Shown one piece after another: positions 35,304 through 44,835 of a stretch of 64,000 nt of DNA. The notes under the pieces were generated by a model that was given only the letters and a program-made list of their open reading frames with translations, searched no databases and had not been told where the DNA came from. Origin of the DNA: Alphaproteobacteria bacterium (GTDB lineage: Bacteria > Pseudomonadota > Alphaproteobacteria > Bin95); NCBI GenBank assembly GCA_963665325.3, contig CAXXWS020000002.1:512001-576000 (forward strand), in the 5' to 3' direction. How positions within the stretch are numbered: position 1 is the stretch's first letter; each line of letters begins with the position of its first letter. The translations under genes were made by a program, and so were the position numbers.

Positions 35304-36020
35304 ATGGACCTGCTGGTGGCGCGGGAGAACACCGAGGGCTTCTATGCCGACCGCAACATGTTCGCAGGCTCGGGCGAGTTCATGGCGACCGAGGATGTCG
35401 GGCTCGCAGTGCGCAAGATCACCCGCAGGGGCTCGGAAAGGATCGCCCGCGCCGCCTTCGCCGCCGCCCGCGACCGGCGGCGCAAGGTGACGGTCGTCCA
35501 CAAGTCGAATGTGCTGAAACACACGGACGGCCTCTTCGAGCGCGTGGCCTACGAGGTCGGCGCCGAGTGGCCCGATGTCGAGGTGGACGATGTGCATGTC
35601 GATGCCGCCGCCGCGCTGCTCGTTCGCGAGCCCGAGCGTTTCGACGTGCTGCTCTGCACCAACATGTTCGGCGACATCCTCTCCAATCTCGCTGCGGAGT
35701 TGTCGGGTGGCCTCGGGCTCGGCGGCTCGATCAATGCGGGCGATGCAGTGGCTGTGGCCCAGGCCGCGCACGGCAGTGCGCCGGACATTGCGGGTAAGGA
35801 CATGGCCAACCCGAGCGCGCTCCTGTTCTCGGCGGCGCAACTGCTCGCATGGAAGGGCGCACGGGAGCAGAACAACTCGCTCATGGAAGCCTCGCGGGTG
35901 CTGGAACGCACCGTCGAGAGGCTGCTTGCCTTGCCCGAAACGCGCACGTTCGACCTCGGCGGCCCGCTCGGCACGCGGGCGTTTGCCGACAGGGTGGTCG
36001 CCGGCATTTCTGACGGATAG
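35304..36020 (+). pseudogene. 5'-truncated isocitrate/isopropylmalate dehydrogenase family gene
   Basis: Begins at MDLLVARENTEG, normally an internal motif; HKSNV, NMFGDILS, HGSAPDIAG, ANP present. No N-terminal GDGIG region. Confidence 0.82.
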
Positions 36021-36119
36021 CGCGGAAGGCCAGCGGATTCGGCCTGGATCGCCACTCCCGGCCGTTCGGGGGAGGGCCGCCCTTTGCCGCTCTCCGGCAA
36101 GGGCCTGCAGCGGAGCCCC

Positions 36120-36575
36120 CCGGAGAGTGTCATGCAATGTCATGTTTCGTCATGTTTCCCATGTGCAAAACGCGTGTTGGGGGCCCCGTTCCGGCATGAC
36201 GCCATCGCTTCGGCTAGAGGTTCCGGGGGTATTCCGCCTTTTCCGGCGCCTGTCTGTCTTCGGCATAGGTCCTTCCTTTCGATCCGGTTCCACTCCCGCC
36301 GCAGCGCCGTGGCGGGTCCCTTTGTCGCGCGTATCGCGGGCGGGCGGGCGCGCCCGTCGGCGCCGGCGCGGTTCGCGCGCCTGATTGCGCACGCGCGCGA
36401 GGCAAACGCCGGACGCAACTGTCCTGTCCGCTCCCGCCGGAACATTTTTTGCCTCAGCCGCTTTTCCGCCCAAGAAAGCGTAAAGGCGGCCCCGGGAGCC
36501 GCCTCTCTACTCTCATTCTAACATAGATATTTGCTTGTCAATCCTGTTTCGGGAATTATTTCCAAAAAATTCATG
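36120..36575 (+). repeat. Dispersed non-coding repeat, copy 1
   Basis: CATG-rich head, core TTCGCGCGCCTGATTGCGC (36372-36390), AT-rich tail. Homologous to 53940-54305. Confidence 0.75.
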
Positions 36576-36594
36576 ATCGGATAGAGAATACCAT

Positions 36595-37332
36595 TCAATC
36601 CCTTGCTTCTGCCATCGGCGGTCGATGCGCGTCGGCGAAGCCGGAATGCACCCAGCTTATGAAGCTGAAAATGTCATGCACCGGCAGGGCCGTTTCGTTG
36701 CGTACGGCGGCGGCGTAGGGGGCCATGTTGGCGCATTCGAGCACGATGGCGCCGACCTCCGGGCAGCGCGCCTTGAGGCGGCGGGCGGCGGCGATGACAT
36801 CGGCTTCGGCCGCGGCAATGTCGAGCCAGGGCTCATTGCCGATCAGCACGCGGGTGAGCTCGCGCCCGCTTTCGGTGCCCTCGACGGGTGTGTCCGCGCG
36901 TGCGCCGACGGTAGTGAAATGGTCGTCCCAAAGGCTCTCGCGGCTGACCGTGACGACGCCCGTCCGCTTTCCGGGAGGCAACATCCGGTCGAGCGCCGCC
37001 ACCTGCATCAGGGTGGACGAGGCGACCGGCACGCCGGCATGGGCGGCGAGTTCGGACTGGAAGAAGGACAGGAACCCGCAAACCGTGGTGAGGGCCGTGG
37101 CGCCGCGATCCACCAGCCGCCGGGCGGCATCGAGGAAGGCGCCGTCCAGCCCTTCGGCGCGGCGGCGCACCACCCGTTCGGGCGTTGCGCCGCGCACGAT
37201 CTCGTAAAGCACCGGGAACGGCCAGGTATCGCCATTGCCCATGTCGCCCGGGACGCGCGGAAAACGGGCGTCCAGCATGAGGATGCCGAGCGCCGCTCCG
37301 CCGATGGGCGAGCCTCCGACCGCGACCGTCAT
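36595..37332 (-). CDS. Asp/Glu/hydantoin racemase family protein
   Basis: LGILMLDARFPRVPGDMGN..TWPFPV, TTVCGF, VLECANM. Confidence 0.88.
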   Translation of the reverse strand: MTVAVGGSPIGGAALGILMLDARFPRVPGDMGNGDTWPFPVLYEIVRGATPERVVRRRAEGLDGAFLDAARRLVDRGATALTTVCGFLSFFQSELAAHAGVPVASSTLMQVAALDRMLPPGKRTGVVTVSRESLWDDHFTTVGARADTPVEGTESGRELTRVLIGNEPWLDIAAAEADVIAAARRLKARCPEVGAIVLECANMAPYAAAVRNETALPVHDIFSFISWVHSGFADAHRPPMAEARD

Positions 37333-37970
37333 CGCGGGAAGACCCTGGGGGCAAGGCTGGCGTGGAACCAGGCGAGGAAGCGGGTCCGGTCATAGACGGG
37401 CCGGCCGGTGGCGGCGCGGATATCGGATGCGAATGGGCCCATCTCCGGCTCCTCTAGCAGCCAGGCGGCGATGCCGGGCCGATTGGAAACGGCCCGCTCG
37501 GCAGCGGTGGCGAGGCTGTCCCGCGCGCGCTCCACATCGAGCCTGTCCTGATCCGCCGCCACGGCGTCGGCGAGATAGCCGGGCGCTGCAATCCGGTCAT
37601 TGTCTGCGGAGAAGGCCAGCACGCCGACCTCGGCGCTCGGCGGGAGCATGGCTTCGATGAGGTCCCGTTGCGTCGCCAGTCCGCCCGCATATGGGGCGTC
37701 GAGAGCGTCCGCAAGGTCGAATTCCGCGTTGAAGGCGAGGCCGATGCCTTCCGCGCCCTCGTCCAGCAGGCGTTCCGCGGCGTCCAGAGCCGCTGTCCGG
37801 TCGGTCTGCTCCAGCACCGCATAGCGCACGCTGAAGGGGAAGCTGCTTGCATTGGCCGGGTCGCCCGGCAGCCGCGGAAAGCGCGTCCGGCGCACCAGCA
37901 GCCCGAGCCGCGCACCGTAGAAGCTCCTGCCGCCCGTCGCGACTGTGCTCATGGTCCCATCTATGCCCAT
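37329..37970 (-). CDS. Divergent racemase-family paralog
   Basis: TRFPRLPGDPANASSFPF and ATGRPVYD motifs; both Cys motifs absent. Confidence 0.75.
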   Translation of the reverse strand: MGIDGTMSTVATGGRSFYGARLGLLVRRTRFPRLPGDPANASSFPFSVRYAVLEQTDRTAALDAAERLLDEGAEGIGLAFNAEFDLADALDAPYAGGLATQRDLIEAMLPPSAEVGVLAFSADNDRIAAPGYLADAVAADQDRLDVERARDSLATAAERAVSNRPGIAAWLLEEPEMGPFASDIRAATGRPVYDRTRFLAWFHASLAPRVFPR

Positions 37971-38186
37971 CTGACATATCGATTTGTCGAGCCCGAGCTT
38001 ACGAGCCGGCGGCAGCTCATGCTATAGCGGCCAAGGGCGTCCCGAAGACCCGGGAGGGGACGGAATGGTGGCCAATGCTGCCAGGCCGAAGGTGTTGCCC
38101 GGCGACGGCAGACATCCCGGGCGGCGACCGGGAAGTTTCTGCCGAAGGCATGAGCGATGCGGTGATTGCGGCGATGGAGCGGCGCT

Positions 38187-39416
38187 GTGGCTGAAAACGC
38201 GGATGTCTCGGCGGCGATAGAGCAAGCTTCCGGACGGTCCGCGCGCTTCGACGGGCGGCTCGGCGCGCTCGGCGTGCTGATGCTGCGGAACCTGCTGTTC
38301 TCCATTCTGACGTTCGGCATTTACCGCTTCTGGGGCCGGACGCATGTGCGGCGGTTTGTCTGGCGCCATACGACCGTTCTGGACGATGCGCTGGAATATC
38401 TCGGCACGGGCGGGGAGCTGTTCATCGGCTTCCTGATCGCGGTCGCCGTTCTGTTGCCCGTGTTCGCCGCCTATTCGGTGTTGCAGTTCGTCTTCGCGGA
38501 CGGGTCGCAAGTTGCGCTGATTGCGCTCGAAGTCCTGTATTACCTGGCGCTGTTCTTCCTGATCCAGATCGCCATCCACCGGATGCGCCGCTACCGGCTG
38601 ACGCGGACAGCCTGGCGCGGCGTGCGTTTCGGACTCGGCGGCTCGTCGCTCGCTTATGCCCGCGTGGCGTTCGGTTACGGTCTGCTGACGGCGGCTACCC
38701 TTGGATTTGCCTATCCCTGGCTGCGGGTCGCGACGCTGAAATATTTCGCAAGCCACGCCTATTTCAGGACAGCATCGGTCGCGCTCACGCCGGACGCCCG
38801 CTGGCTGTTCCGACGGTGGCTGGCGGTTGTTGCGCCGCTGACGGCAATTCTTGCTCTCTTTATCGCACTCAACCTGGAAATGTTCGAAAACATTCGCTTC
38901 TTCTTTGAGGAGGGATACGACAGGGCTGGTGGGCGCGCCATGCTCCGCTTGTCATTCTGGCCTCTCTTCATCTATCCGATAGCGCTTCTCGCTTGGATCT
39001 GGTACCGCGTGGTCGAATTCCGGCACATGGTCGGTTGTCTGATCATTGGCGATACCGGATTCGGCTCCTGCGCCCGACCGAAATATGTTTTCTGGCGACT
39101 TCTTATTTTCGTTTTGGCCATGGTCTCGATCGGTGTGCTCGTCGGCGGCTTTGCGGCCTCGATGGCGACCGGTTTGGCAAAGACCGGGGCCGCGCCCGCC
39201 ACTGTGGCCGCTACTGTGATCGTGCCGCTTCTCGCGTTCGTTCTTGTTGCGGGCATCCTCAGAACCCTGCTCCTGGACATCCCGCTGCTGGCCCATGCCT
39301 GCGAGACGCTCGAAATCTCGAACGGCGGGGCGCTGGACGAGGTCGTGCAGTCCTCGGCCGCCGTGCCGAGCTACGGCGAGGGGACGGCCGAGGCGCTGGA
39401 TGTCGGCGGGTTCTGA
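38187..39416 (+). CDS. YjgN/DUF898 family membrane protein
   Basis: LTFGIYRFW, EYLGTGGELFIGFL, YRLTRTAWRGVRF, TLGFAYPW. Confidence 0.9.
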   Translation: MAENADVSAAIEQASGRSARFDGRLGALGVLMLRNLLFSILTFGIYRFWGRTHVRRFVWRHTTVLDDALEYLGTGGELFIGFLIAVAVLLPVFAAYSVLQFVFADGSQVALIALEVLYYLALFFLIQIAIHRMRRYRLTRTAWRGVRFGLGGSSLAYARVAFGYGLLTAATLGFAYPWLRVATLKYFASHAYFRTASVALTPDARWLFRRWLAVVAPLTAILALFIALNLEMFENIRFFFEEGYDRAGGRAMLRLSFWPLFIYPIALLAWIWYRVVEFRHMVGCLIIGDTGFGSCARPKYVFWRLLIFVLAMVSIGVLVGGFAASMATGLAKTGAAPATVAATVIVPLLAFVLVAGILRTLLLDIPLLAHACETLEISNGGALDEVVQSSAAVPSYGEGTAEALDVGGF

Positions 39417-39419
39417 CGC

Positions 39420-40550
39420 ATGGCCCGGTATCCGGCGCGGTACTATGACGGGCTGACGGCGCGCTCGCGGGCGGTCGAGATCGAGATTGCGGCAACCGGG
39501 CTTGCGATCTTCGACGAGGCCGGGCCGGTCGTCGGGTCCTGGCCGGGCGAGGGCATACGGCTGGTGGAGAAGCTGCGTGAGGGGGAGCCGGTGCGCCTCG
39601 GCCTCGCCGGCACGACGGCGCGGCTCATCGTGGACGATCCGGGGATCGTCGCCTCGCTCGGCGGGGTGGCGCCGCGCCTCCGGAGCCGGCAGAGGACATC
39701 GGGCAGGGCGGTCGGCCGGATCGCGCTCTGGGCCGTGCTGGCCGCCGGGTCGCTGACCGGCATCGTGCTCGTGCTCATCCCGCTGCTCGCGGCCCAGCTT
39801 GCGGCGGCAACGCCGGAGTCGGCGAAATACCGGCTGGGCCGGGCGGTTCTCGCCCAGGTCGCTGAGTTGCTGCCGGGTCCGGCCGGCCCGGCAAGCCGCC
39901 AGCGCTACTGTTCCTACGAAGATGGGCAGGCGGCACTGCAGCGCCTTGCGGACCGTCTCGCTGCGGACTTGCCGGACCCGCCGACGGTTCGGGTGGTCGT
40001 GGTGAATACCCTTCTGGTCAATGCCTTTGCGCTGCCGGGAGGAATCATGGTCTTCACCCGGGGGCTGCTGGTCCATGCGGGCAGCGCGGAGGAAATCGCG
40101 GGCGTTGCCGCGCACGAACTCGGCCATATCGCGCACGACCATTCGATCCGCGCTCTCTTCCGTTCCTTCGCCGTCTCGCTGCTGATCGGTGTGCTTCTGG
40201 GCGACCTGACCGGCGGCACGCTGGCGGGCGGGCTCGCGGAGTGGCTGGTCAACACCGGCTACTCCCGCGAGGCCGAGCGCGACGCGGACGCCTTTGCGCT
40301 GGCTCGCCTGGAGGCTGCGGGAATCGATACTCAGGGGCTCGCGGATTTCTTCGCCCGCTTGAAGGAACAGGAGAAGGACGAAGGCGGGCTGCTGGCCCGA
40401 ATGCTCTCTACCCACCCGGCCACCGAGGAGCGTTTGGCCCATATCCGCGATGCCGCACGCCCGGGTCTCCGGCCCGCTATGAGCGAAGAGGACTGGACAC
40501 ATGCCCTGAAGGCATGTCTCACGCTTCAAATGACGCCGCCGCTGCCGTAA
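39420..40550 (+). CDS. M48 family metallopeptidase
   Basis: NAFALPGG, HELGH, YSREAERDAD, STHP. Confidence 0.93.
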   Translation: MARYPARYYDGLTARSRAVEIEIAATGLAIFDEAGPVVGSWPGEGIRLVEKLREGEPVRLGLAGTTARLIVDDPGIVASLGGVAPRLRSRQRTSGRAVGRIALWAVLAAGSLTGIVLVLIPLLAAQLAAATPESAKYRLGRAVLAQVAELLPGPAGPASRQRYCSYEDGQAALQRLADRLAADLPDPPTVRVVVVNTLLVNAFALPGGIMVFTRGLLVHAGSAEEIAGVAAHELGHIAHDHSIRALFRSFAVSLLIGVLLGDLTGGTLAGGLAEWLVNTGYSREAERDADAFALARLEAAGIDTQGLADFFARLKEQEKDEGGLLARMLSTHPATEERLAHIRDAARPGLRPAMSEEDWTHALKACLTLQMTPPLP

Positions 40551-40592
40551 GAAGCGAGCTGTGTGCCGCAGCCGGAAGCGAGGGAGAGGGCA

Positions 40593-41747
40593 ATGCCCGA
40601 ACCGGGTCTGGAGTTCACCTTCGGGATAGAAGAAGAGTTTTTCCTGGTCGATCCGGAAACGCGGGACATCATCGCCGATCCCGACCCCGGAATCATGGAA
40701 CGCTGCGAACGGGAAAGCGGCCCGCATACGGTGGTGCCCGAATTGCTGCGCTCCCAGGTCGAGACCAACACGCGGGTCTGCTCCTCCATTGCGGACCTGC
40801 GCACGGCGCTTGCCGAAACCCGCCGGCTGGTCGTTGAGGCGGCGGAGGCCTACGGCGCCCGCGCCATGGCCGTCTCGACACACCCGTTTGCGGCCTGGCG
40901 GGAGCAGCAGGTCACGCCGAAGGCGCGTTACCAGGAGGCCGAGATCGCATTGCAGGAGGCCGTGCGGCGCTTTCTTGTGGGCGGCATGCACATCCATGCC
41001 GGCTTCGGCGATCCGGACTCCCGCCTGCGCGTCATGACGGCGATCCGCCGCCATCTGCCGCTGTTCATCGCGCTCTCGGCCTCCTCTCCCTTCAATGCCG
41101 GGAGCCACACCGGGTTCAAGTCCTACCGACCCATCATCATCGGCGCCCTGCCTCGCACGGGACTTCCCCGCCCGTTCGCCTCGCAGGCTGAGTTCGACGG
41201 GCTGGTGACGGAATACCGGCGCATCGGCGCCATCGAAGACAGCAGCGAATTGCGCATGGATATCCGTCCTTCCCACGCCTATCCGACGATCGAGCTCAGG
41301 AGCTGCGATATCTGCCCGCGCATGGACGAATCGATGACTCTGGCGGCCCTCTATGCCTCGCTCCTGCGCCGGCTGTTGCGCCAGGACGGGGCGGAGGGGC
41401 TGCCGCCCGAACCGCCGACCGAGATCATCGCCGAGAACTGCTGGCTCGCCCAGCGCTACGGCACGCTGGCCTTCATCGGCGATCTGGAACGCGGCGGGCG
41501 CATCGATATTGCGGATTGTGTCGAGGCGCTGGTGGAGGAGGTCATGGAGGATGCGCGCGCGCTCGGCTGCGAAGAGGAACTCACGCGGGTTTCCCTCATC
41601 CTGCATGACGGCGCCTCGGCGGATCGGCAGCTCGAACGCTACAGCCTCTGCCGCCTGGACGGCGCGGACCACAAGGAAGCGCTGCATGCGGTGGTGGACG
41701 AGGTGCTGGAGGAAACACGCACAGGGACAGGCGGGCCAGCCCGTTGA
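40593..41747 (+). CDS. Carboxylate-amine ligase (YbdK/GCS2 family)
   Basis: TFGIEEEFFLVD, STHPF, GMHIH, ALSASSPF, DIRP..PTIELR.CD. Confidence 0.92.
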   Translation: MPEPGLEFTFGIEEEFFLVDPETRDIIADPDPGIMERCERESGPHTVVPELLRSQVETNTRVCSSIADLRTALAETRRLVVEAAEAYGARAMAVSTHPFAAWREQQVTPKARYQEAEIALQEAVRRFLVGGMHIHAGFGDPDSRLRVMTAIRRHLPLFIALSASSPFNAGSHTGFKSYRPIIIGALPRTGLPRPFASQAEFDGLVTEYRRIGAIEDSSELRMDIRPSHAYPTIELRSCDICPRMDESMTLAALYASLLRRLLRQDGAEGLPPEPPTEIIAENCWLAQRYGTLAFIGDLERGGRIDIADCVEALVEEVMEDARALGCEEELTRVSLILHDGASADRQLERYSLCRLDGADHKEALHAVVDEVLEETRTGTGGPAR

Positions 41748-41805
41748 ACGCCCGCGCGAAAAAGCGCAGCCTTCCTGGAATTCCCTGATCGCGGGGCGGC
41801 TTCGG

Positions 41806-44800
41806 ATGGCGGGTCTGGCGAGAGAGTGGATCGAGGCTGGCGCAGAGCTTCCGGTCGTTGCCGATACCGAGGCGGCGCAAACCTGCTGGCAGCGCTGGCG
41901 CGAGGCGGCGGACGAGGCGGGCGACGATGCCCTGCGTGCCTTCATGCTGGCGGCGGAGGGCGACGCGACTGCCGGGCGGCTGCTCTCCTCGGTGTTCGCG
42001 AACAGCCCCTATCTCAGCCACAGCCTGATCTCCGATCCCGGTTTCGCCCGGCTGGCGCTGGAGGCCGGACCGGACGCGGGCTACCGGGCGGCGTATGACG
42101 AGGCTGCCGATCGGGCCGGCTTCGCAGGGGAATCGACAGCGGACATCATGCTCCGCCTGCGCCGGGCCAAGAGGCGCGCGGCGCTCGTCATCGCCCTGGC
42201 CGACATCGCGTCCGCCTGGCCGCTGGAGAAGGTGACCGGCGCGCTTTCCGAATTTGCCAACGCCACGCTGGGCGCCGCCTTCCGGCATTTGCTTCGCGGA
42301 CTGCACGAGGCGGGCGAGCTGGCCTTGCCGGACCCCGAGGATCCGGAGCGCGGCTCGGGACTGTTCGCGCTCGGCATGGGCAAGCTCGGTGCCTCGGAAC
42401 TCAACTATTCCAGCGATATCGACTTGATCCTGTTCTACGACCAGGATCGGGCGCCCTATATCGGCAGGCGTGGCATCCAGCCTGCCTTTGCGCGGTTGGC
42501 GCAGGGCCTGGTGCGAATCATGGGCCAGCAGACTGCCCAGGGCTACGTGTTCCGCACCGATCTGCGGCTGCGCCCCGACCCGGGATCGACGCCGCCTGCC
42601 GTCTCGGTACGCTCCGCTGAGGTGTACTACCGCACTGCCGGGCGCAACTGGGAGCGGGCGGCGATGATCAAGGCGCGGCCGGTCGCCGGCGATATCGAGG
42701 CGGGGGAAGCGTTCCTGGAGGTGTTGCAGCCCTTCATCTGGCGCCGCCATCTCGACTTCGCCGCAGCGCAGGACATCCGGGCGATCAAGGAGCAGATCGA
42801 CACCGCGCGCGGCGCGGGCGGGGAGGGACTGGAAGGGCACAATGTCAAGCTCGGCCGCGGCAGCATCCGCGAGATCGAGTTCTTCGTGCAGGCGCAACAA
42901 CTCCTCTGGGGCGGGCGCAACCCGGACCTTCGCAGGCGCGGCACACTGGAATCTCTGGAGGCGCTGGTGTCGGCAGGCCATGTCGATTCCGGCGCGGCGG
43001 TGGAGCTTCAGGCGGCCTACGGCTTCCAGCGCAGCGTTGAGCACCGTCTGCAAATGGTGGATGACCGGCAGACCCACAGCCTGCCTGACAGCGGGGACGG
43101 CATTGCGGGCATCGGGGCGTTCATGGCCTTCCCTTCCGCGGGTGCGTTCGGGGACCGGCTCAACGGGCATATCGCGGCGGTGGAACGCCACTATGGAGCA
43201 TTGTTCGAAGACCCGCTGGCTGTGACGGACGCCGAAGGAGTGGACTTCTCGGCGGAGGGCGAGGGGGAAACGGCGCTTGCAGGCATGGGCTATGCCGATG
43301 CTGGGCAGGCCGCGGCAACGGTCCGCCGCTGGCTGGCTGGCGGCGCGCCGGTATTGCGAAGCGAAGAGGCGTGCGGGCTGCTCGCGAGGTTGTTGCCCGG
43401 GATTCTGGCGGCGTTCTCGGCCGCGCCCGACCCCGACGCAGCCTTGTCGCGGTTCGACCGGTTCCTCGCCGGACTGCCGGCCGACCGGCGGCTGCTCTCC
43501 CTGCTGGCGGCGCGGCCCGAATTGCTGGGCATCGTGACGGATGTCGCCGGTTCCGCACCCCTGCTCGCCGGCTGGCTCACCCGCCGCCCGCTGCTGCTGG
43601 AGAGCGCGCTCAGCCGCGATTTCACCGATCTTGACCTGCCGGACGAGGAGGGCCTCGAGCCGGAGATCGCGGAGGCGGCCCGCCGGGGGCTGGTGCGGCT
43701 CTTCTATGCGCGGGAGTTCGGCCGGCCGGAAATGCAGGCGGAGCTGGAAGCTGCGGCCGGCCGCGCGGGCGACCTTATGGATTTGCTCGACTCCGTCAGG
43801 CGTTGGGCCAATGACCGGTTGTTCCAGATCGGGACCCATATATTGCGCGGACGCCTCTCGCCGGAGGAGGCGGGGTCGCCGCTTTCCGAAATCGCTGATG
43901 CTTGTATCGGGGCGCTGGCGCCGGCGGTGCAGGAAGTGTTCGCGGCCGTCCATGGGCGCGTGCCGGGCGGCAGAGCGGCGGTGCTGGCCTTCGGCGACCT
44001 CGGCAGCCGCGAAATGACGCTGAACTCCGATCTCGATCTCATGCTGCTCTACGATTTTGAGGGAAGCGAGTCGGACGGCTCCCGGCCGCTGGACGCCGAC
44101 ACCTACTATGCGAGGTTTTGCCGGCGCCTGACGGCTGCTCTGACTGCCGAGACCGCCGAAGGCGGCCTTTACCGCATCGACATGCGGCCGCGCGAGACGG
44201 GCAGCAGCGGTCCGCTGGCCTGCTCTCTGCCGGCTTTCCTGGACTATCCGCACGACCGCGCCGAAGCGCCGGAACTGGCGGCGCTCCGGCGCGCGCGGGT
44301 CGTCTGGTCCGAGGACGGACTGGGAGAGCGTTTCGAAGAGGCGAAGCGGGCCGTGCTCGCTGCGCCCCAGCCGGCGGGTCCGCTGGCGGCTGGGCTTGTC
44401 CCGGTGCGGGGACGAAAGGACGAGGCCGGGGACGACCTCTGGGCCATCGAGCACATGGCCGGCGGCCTGCGCGACGTGGCTGCCGCCGCCGACTTCCTCC
44501 GATTGCTCCACGCCGCCGAACGGCCGTCCATCCTCCACGGCGACGCGCCGGCGGTCTTCCGGGCGGCGCAGGCGCTGGGCTCCATCGGAGCCGGTGCGGC
44601 GGAGGACCTTGAAGAGGCCGCGCACCTCTGGCGTAACCTCTGGGGCCTGGCGCAGCTGGCCGTGGACGGGAACCTCGTCGGCGAAGCCGCAGGACCGGAG
44701 CTGATGAGCGTGATCGGCCGGTCGGGCGGGAAGCTTGTCGTCGAGGCATTGAGCGATTCGGTACAGGATATCGCGGCCCGCGCCGCCGGGCATGTCGACG

Positions 44801-44835
44801 GGATACTGGGCCCCGCCCGGACGGGAGGACCGTGA
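41806..44835 (+). CDS. glnE: Glutamine synthetase adenylyltransferase/adenylyl-removase
   Basis: GMGKLGASELNYSSDIDL, FRTDLRLRP, WERAAMIKAR, VKLGRGSIREIEF; second domain SDLDL. Confidence 0.95.
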   Translation: MAGLAREWIEAGAELPVVADTEAAQTCWQRWREAADEAGDDALRAFMLAAEGDATAGRLLSSVFANSPYLSHSLISDPGFARLALEAGPDAGYRAAYDEAADRAGFAGESTADIMLRLRRAKRRAALVIALADIASAWPLEKVTGALSEFANATLGAAFRHLLRGLHEAGELALPDPEDPERGSGLFALGMGKLGASELNYSSDIDLILFYDQDRAPYIGRRGIQPAFARLAQGLVRIMGQQTAQGYVFRTDLRLRPDPGSTPPAVSVRSAEVYYRTAGRNWERAAMIKARPVAGDIEAGEAFLEVLQPFIWRRHLDFAAAQDIRAIKEQIDTARGAGGEGLEGHNVKLGRGSIREIEFFVQAQQLLWGGRNPDLRRRGTLESLEALVSAGHVDSGAAVELQAAYGFQRSVEHRLQMVDDRQTHSLPDSGDGIAGIGAFMAFPSAGAFGDRLNGHIAAVERHYGALFEDPLAVTDAEGVDFSAEGEGETALAGMGYADAGQAAATVRRWLAGGAPVLRSEEACGLLARLLPGILAAFSAAPDPDAALSRFDRFLAGLPADRRLLSLLAARPELLGIVTDVAGSAPLLAGWLTRRPLLLESALSRDFTDLDLPDEEGLEPEIAEAARRGLVRLFYAREFGRPEMQAELEAAAGRAGDLMDLLDSVRRWANDRLFQIGTHILRGRLSPEEAGSPLSEIADACIGALAPAVQEVFAAVHGRVPGGRAAVLAFGDLGSREMTLNSDLDLMLLYDFEGSESDGSRPLDADTYYARFCRRLTAALTAETAEGGLYRIDMRPRETGSSGPLACSLPAFLDYPHDRAEAPELAALRRARVVWSEDGLGERFEEAKRAVLAAPQPAGPLAAGLVPVRGRKDEAGDDLWAIEHMAGGLRDVAAAADFLRLLHAAERPSILHGDAPAVFRAAQALGSIGAGAAEDLEEAAHLWRNLWGLAQLAVDGNLVGEAAGPELMSVIGRSGGKLVVEALSDSVQDIAARAAGHVDGILGPARTGGP

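Noticed and set aside
36084-36521. ORFs within the dispersed repeat (also 53960-54352)
   Set aside because: Only the short core aligns; no RBS or coding-like composition.
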